DNA of 64,000 nucleotides from Callorhinchus milii. Taxonomy: Eukaryota. The notes under the pieces were generated by a model, which was not told the DNA's origin, ran no database searches, and worked only from the letters and a program-made list of their open reading frames with translations. The stretch covers positions 20,834,001-20,898,000 of the forward strand of contig NW_024704742.1 of NCBI RefSeq assembly GCF_018977255.1, in the 5' to 3' direction. Position numbers and translations under genes: made by a program. Positions 51,314 through 64,000 of the stretch are shown piece after piece (the first letter of the stretch is position 1; each line of letters starts with the position of its first letter).

Positions 51314-54300
51314 ACTGACTGTCCTTAGGCTCTTTTAATCAATTGTTGGGGAGATCTGGTAGCAGGTAGCATGCTCAGCTTTTTAATATTTTTTTAAAAA
51401 AGTGACCTTAACTGAGTCCTTGCATATGTAATGAACGTTTTAAAACACAGAACTACTGCCCCACCCCCACACAGAGCTAGGCGCCCTTTTTCTCTTCCCC
51501 ACCAACGCCCCCACACCCCCACCCCCCTCTCTCTACCCAACCTTCACAAAACTCTCCTCACACCTGCAGATGTGTAAGTACATTTTGACAGAACACAATT
51601 TATTTGGGTTTCCATTCTAAGTTGCTCACCTGCATGAAGCAATGCCATGAATCTGCAATGGGAACAGGATTAGGCAAAGCAATTCCCCAAGGATGAGCCA
51701 TTACAGAAGATGATTAACCATTGTCAGAAATAGCTTTTACAATATATATTCTCCCAAATCACTAAGAAATTGAAAATTACATGAGATCTTCAAAACCTTT
51801 TTATTGCTCCTCTGGCACAGAGGTGAAAATTGAATTATTCCTGGAGGCTAAATCCAGTGTGTAAAACAATTACAATTAAACCGGTACATTATAGTAAGTA
51901 AAATAAAGTATGTATCTTACCATTACTGTCTGTCTTTACTGTATTTACAGTATCTCTTAAAGATGCTTTGTTATAATGTGGGTTCGCTACCCGGACATTT
52001 TCTTAAATGAAAATCGAAAATCGAAATTGCGCCACCCACACGGGTCATTGATCATAATGTTGTGATGAAGAAGTACTGACTTTCGTCATTTCTTGATCGC
52101 ATCCTCATTATAAGGATCATTGAAAGTTATGGTCCCCATCCCCCAACTCTCACCAAATAGCATGATTCTCCTGCACTTTACACCTCTCCATACTGAATTG
52201 CATTAGTTACCCTTTGGCTGGAAGATCCAAACTGCATGCTGCGACAAAGATTTATTCAGACTTTTCGCCCCCGTTTGAAGAGAATAAATTCCTCTTTTGT
52301 AGACAAATGAAGATAAGGGTGTCAAGGACGCTGAAGCAATGTGATAAGCTGCATAAATTTGTTACAAAATAGAGAGAAGGGAGGCTATTACAGTGATTAT
52401 TTTCAGTGTGGAATGCCACAGGGATCAGCCCTAAACTCATTGTTCCTGTTCAACTTCATGAATTACATTACTGAGGATTCTTAGAAGGACATCAGCACAG
52501 CAAACTACTGGGTAGAAAGCGGAGCATGTCAAGGGAGGTAATTATGCAAGAAGATTTGGAGATATTGGTCACTGCAAAAAACAATGAACAAAGAATTGAG
52601 AAGCTATTATACTTTCAGGAAGACGAACATAATGGAAATACCAATTTGCTCAGTCCGTAAAATTGCAGGACTAAAAGCCCATATATATGTGGTACAAACA
52701 AAAGTATGGTTAATGGAATGGAGAATGTGTACCCAATAGCCTTGGGTGTACACTCATCTCTCAGAGATTTAGGTGTACATTTTATTGTTGTCTTCATTTA
52801 TATTACGTATATCTATTCCTTCATAAGAGATCTCAATACTTTTGTTACTTTTAGATTGTTGACAGGATTGTTGGCCAGGATACTGGGAGAAACTCCCTTC
52901 ACTTTTCAAATAATTCCATGGGATTTTTAACAAACCACAACAAATTACATTTGTATAACGCCTTTCACATCAGGAGGAAGTCCCAAAGCACTGGGTAGAT
53001 AGGGCATCCGTTTAACACCTCTTCCAAAGGACAGCACTTTGACAATACTATGTTAATGTATAGTCGCTTTTCCACCAAACTTGTAATACAAATCTGACAA
53101 TAATGTAGCTTTCCACCTCTTTCCCCTCCTTTAGTTGAATAACCCGCAAATTCCAAATGTCTTTTCACCCGTCGGTAAATATTACTCGCTACGCTCATTT
53201 CAATGCTGTTTTGTGGCACTCCTTCCAGTGCCAAAGATTATTGAACTGTAGCAAATCAAAGGCAAGTGTCAAAAAATCATATTGCAATTCACTTGAATGC
53301 ACTTCACTGAAATGTCTGCAAAGCAGCTAATGCTGCCGTTCTCTTAATGACTTCCTTCATTAATGACTACATCAGCGTGCCATCATATTCCCACACTGTG
53401 CAATAGCCTACGTTACTTCAAATCTGGAGCAGCAACACAGTAGGGAGATAACTGGTATTTCACACAGAAGCTTGAATATGTGTATCTGCAAATTTCAAGC
53501 ACGTCAATCCAAATAAAAGCCACATCGTAAATATAGTTTAGAGTGATGTACAACAGGTAAAAGCCCTTTTCACTAAATGTTTGACAGTTATGATAAAAAA
53601 AAGCCCTTGAAATTTGATACAAGAGTTCGAGATTTTCCTGACATTGGACATAGATTCTGCTTAACTCCCCTTGGCCAACAAGAATTAGCCGCAATTCCTC
53701 GTCCTCACCTGTAAACACTCCATAGTGTTGCTCCGCCCTAGCTCTGTAATCCCTACAATTTGTCCGCTCATTGCATACTATCTTATGCTACTAGCTGCTG
53801 ATCAAGTTACCTTGTGGTCGTGTTCTGTTTAAAATAATATGGTTGTATTGTGTAACCATCCTTTTCCACTTTGAATGCATTTTAATAAGCATATTGTTTT
53901 TGCGAGAAAATTATCTGACAATATATAACCCAGTTTGTGTAGAATATGAATAAGCAGGGACACACTGATGCTAGGTAATTACACAAAATCACCCATTATA
54001 TCCAACCAAATAGCTTCTGACAGAAAACGTGTTCCGTTGGCCCAGTTATGCACAAATGTCAAGGGAGACATTACACAGGCTGTCAGTCCAAATCTTCATT
54101 ACAAACAAACTAATCTGAATTAGAGAATGCAAGATTACACCACTCTGCAGTTAATTGTAAATGAAAGCTAACGCCACTCTCAGTTCGTCATTTTAATCTT
54201 CCTCTGATCTACTTCATTCTTCTAATTTATCTCCTTTCTTCTCTCGCCCCCCAAAAAACACTGCCTATGCCAAACATCACAAGCTATACAGGTAAACTGA

Positions 54301-54337
54301 ATTCTGTAAATTCCCAAAACTGTTCTGAACTATTATA

Positions 54338-54560
54338 TAATAATAATAATCCTTCCGTTTGATATAGCGCCTTATCACATTGTCCAGAGGCTTCGCAGAA
54401 TATACTGTAAACTGTTGTGACTGTGCTATTTTGTGGGCAAAATGCAGCAGCTAATTGCGCACAGCAGTGTCTCCAATCAGTCGAGGATTGAGTGACCACA
54501 TTATTATTATTTTTTGGAGGGATTATTACCCCCGGAAACCAATCTGCTAAACAACTAACA
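54338..54560 (-). mobile_element. Young SINE 3' two-thirds, long subfamily
   Basis: Reverse complement of tail, core and part of the extra segment. Confidence 0.82.
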
Positions 54561-57500
54561 ACCGATTAATTAACTTAACTGAGAAAACATCATTAAAACT
54601 AAATGCTCAAAATTATTGTATGAAACATTTCAGAAATGCCAGCCTTAAACCACACATTTCGGAAGATCTCTAGGTGTGAAAGGCGCTATATAAATGTAAA
54701 TTATTTGTTGTTTTATGTGTTGTTCTGAAGACATGTTGAACTTCAGATTGTTTCTGTAGTTCAACGATGTTTTTTTTAAATTCATTTTTATTTAGCATTA
54801 GCCATTTTAATTCTCTTCCAAACTGTAAGGACCGGAGCAGTGACCATGAGGTGAATTATCAATGTTTTCTGGAGGACAGCTGGATAGATCAGTGGGAGAG
54901 ATTCTCTCCTCTTTTCGAGCAGTGGCACGGAATCTTTCACACCATCTAAAGAGGAAGAGGATAAACACCTAATTTAATGAGCCACTCTCCCGGCTCTGGG
55001 CCAGAATGTCAGCCAGGACTAGAAACACAATTTCTGGCGTGGGTATGAACCCACAATGTTCTGATCCAGAGGTGAGAATGCTATTAACTGAGCCAAGTTG
55101 ACCGTTAGTTAATTAGCAGCTTAATATAAAGTCACAAATCAGAAACACAAATCTGCTCTTGGAGCTGGTTAGTTTAGAAGAATCTGAGGTGTTAATGAGT
55201 AATCTTTATTCAATCGTATCTTGCAATACTCCACTCAATGAGTTCTGACACAAATTTGTAGCTCTGGGGAACGACAATTTTTTAAAAATTTCTCCATTCC
55301 TGCAAGGACATTTGTAACACACATATTTATATTTCCAATTAAGAAAAGCAAAGACTATTTGAATTTCTAATTCCATCAAAGTACAGTACATAATTCCACC
55401 ATGTGGACACAATACGTATGTTCAATCAGGCAGAATCATGCATCTTAGGGAAATATAGCACCTTGAGGATTAGTTGAAACCAATTGATGAGAATTAATTT
55501 CTCTTGGTATCTTGGCCAATAATTTTCAGATATTCAATCAATTCATTTAATAAATGTTTGTGGGACACTGTTGTGTGCAAATTGGCTGCAATGTTCACCT
55601 GAAAATACAGTCACTACATGTTACAATAAAGCTTGTGAAGCGCTTTAAGCCATCCTCCCAATGTGAAAGGTGCTATATCAAATGGAAATAATATTATTTA
55701 TATTTTTAACCCAGTTACAGCTGTTTACTTCCTCTATTGAAGTGTAGTCTTACCTTCATTTCCAGACACCTTTAGTGGTCCTCCTAAAGCCCTGATCCTC
55801 CTATGAAGTTCATGTATAGATTTTGTGCACACTGAGTAGGTAGACTTGGATAAAGTCAGTCAGGCAACCCTGTTCAGTAGGTCTGCCCATACTATTTGAC
55901 TTAGTTTTGGTGGTTTTATAGACACAATTAATACGATACAATCCCAAATTACATTTGTAAGCGCCTTTCACGTCGGGAGGAAATCCCAAGGTGATGAACA
56001 GTCAGGGATTAGGACTTGAGCGGAGTGGGGGGGGAGGGTCTTGAGATGTGCCGTGAAAGAGGCAAACTTGAATAAAAGATGCCAACCCTCTTCGGTAGAA
56101 TAATGCTCTAGCTTAAAAAATACTTTCCTGCAGCTCAATGACTGGGTCCACAAAAAGGTACAGCTTTCTACATGAGGATTTGCAGCTAATACTGGCAGAA
56201 ATTAAAGAGCCAGTATTTGTGCTGGATTGCCTTGGGCTAAGCAGCACCAGCCAAAAAGATAAACACAGGTGGCATTGCAGGGGCTTACAGGGGAGTCAGA
56301 TCCAGGAAGAGTTCAGTGATTCTAAACCTTTTGGACAGGACACATTCACATTATGCTGGGAAACAAAATGCAACAATTTTCACTGCTTTGAGTTATGAAA
56401 CGCCATAAATGTCGAAACACAATCAGATGGCTAAGGAACTACTGGATAACAATCAATACACTAAGTCTGATAATAAGCCTTGCATTTTTTTTGATGTCTC
56501 ACATCTCAAAGTGCTGAACAGAATATACTGTACTGTATATTATGTGGGCAAATTGCTTTGGAGTTATGAAACTCCATAAATGCCATGGAGTTATTGATGC
56601 CTACTTTGCTTGCAAAAGGGTTGTGAATTTTCAGGCAAGTTCCACTCCACCCCCACTCTCAAAGAATATTCTTCACAGTTTATAACTTCACTTCCTCCCC
56701 ACAATTGGAGCAGTCAAAAATATATTTTCATACAGCTTTATATACCGTTACTGTAGGTTTAAGTTCCACAACCGAGCCCATAAACTGCTGACTTCCTAGG
56801 GCATTATGCCTCTTTAGCTGGCTGTTAGGAGGCGAACAAGGTCAGTCTTGATTAACCTGCCCTTCAATTTTTCTTCCTTCCCTGTGGGGAAATGTCTGGC
56901 CTCTCTATGATGCTATGTGCAGAAAGCCCAACTGAGATCAACATCACATCATGCAAAGAAACATTGGTAAGAAACAGCATTACACACAGGTTCAGCAATG
57001 TCCTGCAATAACTCCTAGAGATGGTGCCTTAATTTGTCAGAGGTGCGACCTATCAGAAGCTCTTACCTTGTTGCACATACAGTTTCAGGGTTGCATTCCC
57101 AGGTGTATATTAGCAATCTCTAAGCACTTCTCTCACAATATCCACAGGATGAAGCAAGCATTTTCTAGATTGAAACTACCACTTTGGGTGGATTTTTTGC
57201 TAATTTTTTTCAATAAGCATTTTTACGCACAAATAATTACACAAAAAAAAGCAATCCTCTCCCCAAACAAAGAAGTGGCAATGGGGGAAGAGAGAGCGGG
57301 TGGTGGTGGGGGGAGTGAAGAGATAACAGTGCCTGGTATATTCATAAATAATACATAGAGCTCAGGGAATAATAAGAGAAATTTCTCCTTCTTCTTAAGA
57401 AATATCATGAGGAGCAACATTAACAAAAGCTGCTGGAGCTATTTTTGTTTCACTTGTGCATGTGAATTCAGCTCCTTCACACGGTGACCTAATCAGGTTA

Positions 57501-57924
57501 GTTCCCCTGACGATGTCAATAGTACTTGCTTTTTAAAGACAAAAACCATATTCAAGAGAAAAGGTTAAAGAAGTGTTAAATAACAGCGTTTTTGGGGGGA
57601 GGGGAATAAGAGAATAGGGGAAAGCAAAACTTTTCCCCGCCCCGTCCAAACAGTCTTGATGGTGAGAATTTAAATAAATTAATCTCCCCCCCAAAAAAAA
57701 CATTGTGATTTAGCACAAAACTTCTATTTTTGACATACACTCATTTTCAGAGACACAGTTGTGCAATTAAAATGAACAATTAGAATAATTGTGCAAATAG
57801 AATGAAGTAAGTTCATTGGATCATTCAAGAAAAAACATAATATGGTTTGGTAGTACGATTTTTATTTTCTTCGTTGGGATTTCTTTAAATAGACCAAAGC
57901 AATCAAATACAATTATTGATGCTA

Positions 57925-58196
57925 CAATAATTACTCTTGCATTTGATAAAGTGCCTTTTCCACAGGGAAGATGTTTCAAAGCATTTTGCAGGATTCACTG
58001 TAAAGTGCAGTGACTGTATTTTAAAATCCTCTGTTTAACGTCTCATCCGAAGCACGACACTTTCAACAATGCAAGAGAGCCCCAGCAATGCACTGGAGTG
58101 TCAGCTTACACTATGTAAATTCAAACCCCGACGTGGGACTCAAACCCACAACCTTCTGACTCAGAAGGGAGGGTTCTACCACTAAACCAAGCCGGC
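57925..58196 (-). mobile_element. SacSINE1-like SINE with internal deletion
   Basis: Head rc (AACCCACAACCTTCTGACTCAGA, GCACTGGAGTGTCAGC, TTTAACGTCTCATCCGAA) joined directly to the tail; similar copies at about 54830-55105 and 62375-62730 (-). Confidence 0.78.
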
Positions 58197-58691
58197 ACCC
58201 AGAACACTAATACTAAAAATAGCTTTAAACAAGTAGAGCTTAAGAAAACAAACTGGTTTCAATTGAGGATTATGTTTCATTGAAACCACTGGCATGTGAA
58301 ATTGGTTATTGTAATTAAGTTAATATGTCTCATTTCAACAAACAACGTTTCTGGAAGGTTTGTGCTACAGGTGAACCAGACATATTTAAATCATTTCCAT
58401 CACAACTTCCTTGGAGACAAATACAGTTGCCTCACAATAGAAACTGTTGCTAGGATACATGATATTCACTACGGTCAAGGTAATGACAGTGCGTTTCACT
58501 AATACAACACCTTTGTCAAAGGGCGAAGGTCTCTAAGCACTTAACAGGACCAATGGGGAGCAATCAGCAGACAGGAAAGAAGTTGAGGGTGTTGACCGAA
58601 GTGAAAGTCAAAGAGATCGAGAGAGTTTTGACAGCAGGAAGAGATGGTACAAGGGAAGGAATTGGGGGAGATACATCTAGAAAGCGAGGAC

Positions 58692-59400
58692 ACAACAACA
58701 ACAACAACAACAACAACAAGATTCCATTTATAAAGCGCCTTTCACGTCAGGAGGACGTCCCAAGGCGCTGCACAGTTGGGTCATGACCCGAGCAGGGGGG
58801 AAATGGTCAGGGTGAGGGGAGGGAAGGGAGGAGCGAGGAGGGGGAAATGGTCAGGGGAGGGAGGGAAGGGAGGGAGCGAGGAGGGGGAAGAGAGTCGAGA
58901 GGGGAGCTGAAGGCACGGTCAAAGAGAAAGGTTTTGAGACCGGCCTTGAAGGAGGAAAGGGAGGAGGCGGCGAAGGCACTGGGGGATGGAGTTCCAGAGC
59001 CTCGGGGCTGAGAGGCTGAAGGCCCGACCACCGATGGTAGGGCGGTTGGGGCAGGGCACGTGGAGCAGACCAGAGCCAAAGGAACGGAGGGTACGGGCAG
59101 GTAGGTAGGGGGATAGTAGGTTGGAGAGGTAGGAGGGAGCGAGGCCGTGAATGGCCTTGTAGGTGAGGATGAGGATCTTGAAATCAATCCTCTGGGGGAT
59201 GGGGAGCCAGTGGAGGCGAGCGAGAGTGGGAGTGATGTGGTCCCGAAGCCTGGTGCGGGACAGTACACGAGCTGCAGAGTTCTGAATGACCTGCAGCTTG
59301 TGGAGGGAGGTGGCGGGAAGGCCGGCGAGGAGAGAGTTCCCATAGTCCAGCCTTGAGGTGACAAAGGCGTGGACCAGGGTTTCAGCAGCGTGAGGGGTGA
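58692..59400 (-). mobile_element. Young L2 LINE 3' fragment
   Basis: Open frame TLVHAFVTSRLDYGNSLLAGLPATSLHKLQVIQNSAARVLSRTRLRDHITPTLARLHWLPIPQRIDFKILILTYKAIHGLAPSYLSNLL...GGRAFSLSAPRLWNSIP, one frameshift, then SFKAGLKTFLFDRAF; (TTG)n tail. Confidence 0.95.
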
Positions 59401-59419
59401 GGTCCCATGAAAATAGGCC

Positions 59420-59860
59420 CAGTTCTTCTACTCTCTATTCACTGGTCAAATCACTCATGCCTCACTGGGTATGATCCAAGTAAATCTCCTATGCAGCCAC
59501 TCTACAGACTTGACATCCAATTAAAGTGAGGTGACCACAATTGGACATAATAGTCTAATTGGTCAAACCAAACATTTATACAGGTAAACATCATACTCTT
59601 TGGTTTCATATTTTATGCCCCCATTTATAAGATCACATTTGCTTTCTTCACAGTTTTGTCCACCTGTCTTCCCATCTTTAAAGATATATGAACATTAAAT
59701 CCTGAATCAGTCTCTCTGCTCTTCTTCCCCTTTTAAAATGTAATCATTTAGTGTTTAGATTTTCACCCTAAGCTTCCTGCCAAAATGTGTAACCTCACAC
59801 TTTTTATTCCATATGCCACCTCTCTACCCAATTTACTCATCTGTCTATGTCCTCCTGCAG
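59420..59860 (-). mobile_element. Degenerate CR1 ORF2 fragment
   Basis: GTGACCACAATTGGACATAATAGTCTAATTGGTCAAACCAAACATTTATACA corresponds to the LY..LV.P.L.Y.VQ.WSP region. Confidence 0.55.
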
Positions 59861-59927
59861 TTGCTTTCAATCTTCTTTATAGTTGTGCACTGGTTTGAGG
59901 GAGGTTGATGAACTTGCAGTGTACAGA

Positions 59928-60392
59928 ACAACAGCAGCAGCAAAAACTTGCACTTATATAGCCCCCTCCATGCAGAGTAACATCTCAGAGCTCTTAACAG
60001 TGGCAGAGTCTGACTCTGAACCGGTGGGGGTGGGAGGGCTGGGAGGTGGCCGTAAGCACGGTCGAAGAGGAAAGTTTTCAGGCGGGACTTGAAAAAGGGG
60101 AGAGAGGAGGCAAAGTAGAGGGATTGAGTGAGGGAGAGTGTTCCAGAGATTCGGGCAGTAATAGCTGAAAGCACGACCTCCAATGCTGGGGCGGGGGGTG
60201 CGAGGGACAAGCAGGAGGCCAGTGCCAGTCGAGCGGACACACCAGGTGGTGGATTAGGGAGTGAGAAGGTCGGAGAGGTAGAGATGTCCCAGAGAGTGAA
60301 GGGATTTGAGCAAAAGTGTGAGGATCTTGAAGTCAATCCGTTTGGTATGGGGAGCCAATGGAACCTGGCCAGAACTGGTGAGATGTGGGTAT
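59928..60392 (-). mobile_element. L2 LINE 3' fragment
   Basis: HTHISPVLARFHWLPIP...RIDFKILTLLLKSLH...FFKSRLKTFLFDRAYG plus tail. Confidence 0.9.
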
Positions 60393-60713
60393 GGAGTTTG
60401 GTTCCAGGAGAAGGAAATGCCACTGTGATTGGATTTGCAGAGATATTTGCAAATTACTAAAGAAGAATGCAATTCTACAGTAGTATTATTAGTTACATTA
60501 ATCGCACACAGAAGCTGGACCAGAGTTCCTCCAGGGCAGAAAAGTATTTTAAAAATCTACAATTGTGGGGTTCCTCTGTGAACTCCTGGAAAGGTACAAA
60601 GACACTAAATGGGGCAGAAGGGGAAAGCAAGAATAAAAGGTGTACACAGGACACTAACTTGAGAGGTAAGAATGAGAATTGTGTTTCATTCTGCTGCAAA
60701 GTATTTTACATAC

Positions 60714-60807
60714 CAAGTTGGTCAATAATGCTGGAGACGATTCCCACAGGTTCCAATTGAGTGTCTTCAGGAAGAACAAGATTTAGTTCGTCAACTGCCG
60801 GCAGGTC
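60714..60807 (-). CDS. NAF1: NAF1 coding exon (exon 3 by analogy with human), start of Gar1/Naf1 domain
   Basis: TTCTTTTTGTCAG|GAC...CTTG|GTATGT; 94 nt, phase 0 to 1; translates DLPAVDELNLVLPEDTQLEPVGIVSSIIDQL(V), matching recalled human ELPSVEELTIILPEDIELKPLGMVSSIIEQLV. Confidence 0.96.
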
Positions 60808-63234
60808 CTGACAAAAAGAAACACGATAAAATACAATTGAAATCCCTTTGATGTGACAGTCCCTGCCTTTAGTCACTGATGACTGAAAAGTACACTATAC
60901 AATGCCTCGTCACTCTGGCAACACAGGGTCAGCATGACAAATAATGTACATAGCCCTTGAAGGTCCTCTTTGAAACATATGTATTTTTTAATCCACTACC
61001 AAAAACCCGTTGGCAACCCTCCTTCAGAAATTCTCCAAACATAAGCTGAGCCAGGTCAGAGCTGGCGATCAGAGCTCGTTGTGGGAGCCAAGGAAAATAG
61101 CTTCAAACTTATCCATATTGAGCTGCAAGAAATTGTGACTCATCCAGGGCTTGATGTCTGACAGCAAGCAGACAATAATAATAACACTTGCATTTGATCT
61201 AGCGTCTTATCATGTCGTTGATACGTCTCAAAGCCCTTCACAGAACATACTGCAGCGACAACTATAACTTGCATTTATATAGCGCCCTTCACGCAGGGTA
61301 GCGACAGTTATTGTCCAACTTCCAAATACACATCCCGGAGAGTGTCAAAAATTCACATCCTCCAGTGCTATAGGACAGGTAACACTCTTCTTGTAATACA
61401 ATAATGCTCTTATATGCTGCTGCCATGGTATTGTAAATCGGACCCAAGAGATTTCAACCTTTCCTCAACAACGTTATTCTCCATTTTAGCAAAGGTTCCA
61501 TTTGAGTGACCTTAGAACACGGGTTAAATTATGGAATATATTCAATAGATCCTAAACTGTATAAACCTAGTTGCTGTAACCATGACCTCAGGAACAAAGA
61601 AGAAGGATCAGCACTCGTTTGCTACAATGCAATTGACTTGGGAGTTTGACCTTTCCAACAAATACAGGAAAACAACCACTGAATGAATTACTGCCCCTCA
61701 CGATATTGTACAATCCGTGCTTTCAATGTTCACATGCTTTTTCCAAATTCTCCTCACTGCTCTGCAAGAACCACAGCTGAGTGGCTCATAACTTACAATG
61801 TTTGCTGAGCTCCACATCTTCACACAAATAGCACATCTTAAATAACACAACTCCCTCTTTCTGCAGCAGAAAAGTGGGATCGCACCATTTGAAATGACAT
61901 GAGAGTTTTACGAAACAATCTTCAAATCGAGTGAAGAAAGACATAGAAATATCATTTATACATTAATGCATAGCAAAAATACGATATCCCATTATCCAAT
62001 AAGGAAAAATAAGTGGGACACTGTCCTTTAATAAAATTTCCCCCAGGCAATAGATGATCCTCCTCTGCTGTACATCACACCTCCTTTTCAGCTGCACCGT
62101 TAGGCTGTTTGCCATATGGTTTTGCTTTTGCAAAAGAAACAAGGCAATGCATGTGGCACCAGAGCACTTCATATCTTGCGGTGGTTCCACTGTTCCACCT
62201 CCTTCCTGCTGCTGTCCAGGTCTAACAAGTATTTACTCCAGTATTGCAACTTCAGTGACATGCATAACTTCACCATGCACATTTGCACAAAGCAAAAATG
62301 TGGAACAATATTTTAAGTCCTAATAATCCTAATACAGGGCAATCTGGCAATACAAATTTACAGCCAATATGGCATAATAATAATCCTTACATTTGATACA
62401 ACGTCTTTCACTTTGGGAAGACATCTCAAAGCACTTCACAGGATATTCTGTAAAGTGTGATGGCTGTGTATTTCTGAATGCAGTAGCCAAATATCCCCTC
62501 ACGGTCAAGGCATAGGAGAAACTCCCTTCTCTTTTTGAAGAGTGTCATGAGATCTTTAACATCCACCTCGAAGACAAACCTCGATTTATCTTCTGAACCC
62601 GAAGGACAGCACCCTCAACGATTCAACGCAGCCCTCAGCATTGAATTGGAGTGTACAAGTCCCAATGTGGGGCCTGAACTAGCAACCTTCGGTTTCAGAG
62701 ATGACAGTGATACAACCTAAGCCAGGCTGATACACTGCTTACTCCATTATCCCACGTTTACTGCATTATCTTTTCTGCATGCAATGGTGTAAACCTAGCA
62801 CAGGTGAGTGTAAAATTAACTAACTATTGACAATGTTTCTTCTACCATCTAAAAGTCATTTACATATCAGGAATTTGATATACACGGAATTCTCCTGGTT
62901 GATAAGCCACAGAAACCTTAGAAGGGTACACATGACCATGCACATTACTTACCCCCATACTCCTCCCAGATAATAATTGTACTGAACACATCTATTACAA
63001 TAACCAAATACATTTTTAAGCACAAGCACACTCTAATGTCTGGACCAGTCACTGTTCCTATATACTGTAAATGCCTGCCTCTGCATTATATTTTCTTTAG
63101 TCAAAATAATTCAACAGCACTGACACACTCACTCACTTTCCCACAGCCAAACTATCAGAATTGTCCAGACTGTGGCCATTGCTGCTCAACATACATTCCC
63201 ACTCACTGATCAATCAACTGATAAAAGTGGTGCC

Positions 63235-63462
63235 TTGCTTGGAATTCTCTCCTCCAAAAAGGCCGTGGATGCTGGATCCACCCACACCTTCAAGAGTGAG
63301 GTTGATAGGTTTTTGGTAGGTCAGGGTATTACAGGATATGGGGAGAAAGCGGGAAATTGGAATTGAATGGATTAGTTGAGGTACAGATCAGCCATGATCT
63401 AATTAAATGGCAGAACAGGCTCGAAGGACTGAATAGCCTACTCCTGTTCCTATGTTCATATG
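63235..63462 (+). mobile_element. CR1 LINE 3' end
   Basis: TGGAATTCTCTC...KAVDAGSTHTFKSEVDRFL; 3' UTR GATCAGCCATGATCT...GGCTCGAAGG.CTGAAT.GCCTACTCCTGTTCCTATGTTC. Confidence 0.88.
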
Positions 63463-64000
63463 TCTGGAAGCTCCATAAAACAACATCTCATTGAATCCCA
63501 CATCAATGAAATTAAATAAGATCTGAGTTTTTTGTCAAAACTTCCATCTAATCCAAGAATAGAAACAAATATTTATCATTTGTAATTTTCTTGTATTAAA
63601 CTATTCACTGCTATGTATTCACCAAATAAATGTAATACGATAAATTAGAATGTTATTTTAGTGCAGATGGCATTGTTAGGCAACAAATGCTCCCACGCAG
63701 CCATAAGCTACATTGCTTGTGGTTCTGTCATTTATTTACTACATCCCCAATTGCAATGCTTTAGTGCCTGTGAAATTCTGCCACTTAGCCAGCCATTATT
63801 TACTTTGTACTGTGTTACAAGCTCACCTCTACTGTATTACATTGATGAACAGTTGATGAAATGCGAACCATGGCTCTATAACATAAACAGCCCTATGCTG
63901 ATAACCCATAGTCTCTCCCTCGCATAATTCCTTCCACCTCTCTGATCAATCAAATCTGCTACAGGAGCTCATGTTTGCCTCAGGCTGGCCTACCACCTAT

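Noticed and set aside
58807..60472. Long ORFs of 185 and 192 aa
   Set aside because: Frameshifted L2 ORF2 remnants, partly read out of frame
60808..64000. NAF1 exons 1-2 or promoter
   Set aside because: No Ser/Asp-rich exon ending in a KT.DE-like motif and no CpG island seen; they probably lie beyond the window
1..64000. CRISPR arrays, rRNA, prokaryotic operons, intronic snoRNAs
   Set aside because: Eukaryotic intron-rich locus; no regularly spaced repeat-spacer array, no rRNA similarity and no convincing sense-strand C/D or H/ACA box arrangement seen by eye (an Rfam scan was not run)

Overview
AT-rich, repeat-dense vertebrate genomic DNA. The SINE/LINE families point to a cartilaginous fish, probably a chimaera such as Callorhinchus milii (inference). 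The only host gene I can support is NAF1 (H/ACA RNP assembly factor) on the minus strand. Six coding exons with canonical AG/GT sites and matching phases lie at 60714-60807, 44973-45055, 42481-42641, 23932-23983, 17076-17163 and 9627-10078. They give 930 nt, or 309 aa plus stop; the 5' exons are not in the window. Introns and the 3' flank hold many tRNA-derived SINEs (a young family with long and short subfamilies, older SacSINE1/DeuSINE-like copies, AmnSINE2-like relics), 3' fragments of L2 and CR1 LINEs, one clean solo LTR with a 4-bp TSD and two weaker LTR-like segments. Nearly all ORFs in the supplied track are spurious or transposon debris. The most notable unexplained structures are: (1) a chimeric insertion in the last intron made of unknown CpG-rich DNA, a 159-bp inverted copy of nearby host DNA and a SINE tail, bounded by a candidate TSD; (2) a near-perfect 58-nt pre-miRNA-like hairpin; (3) a solo LTR inside a hairpin apparently patched together from sequence 1.5-2 kb away; (4) a Pro>Gln change in the conserved FGPV motif; (5) a competing splice acceptor that would truncate NAF1. 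No database searches were run; family names are from recall and repeat boundaries are approximate.
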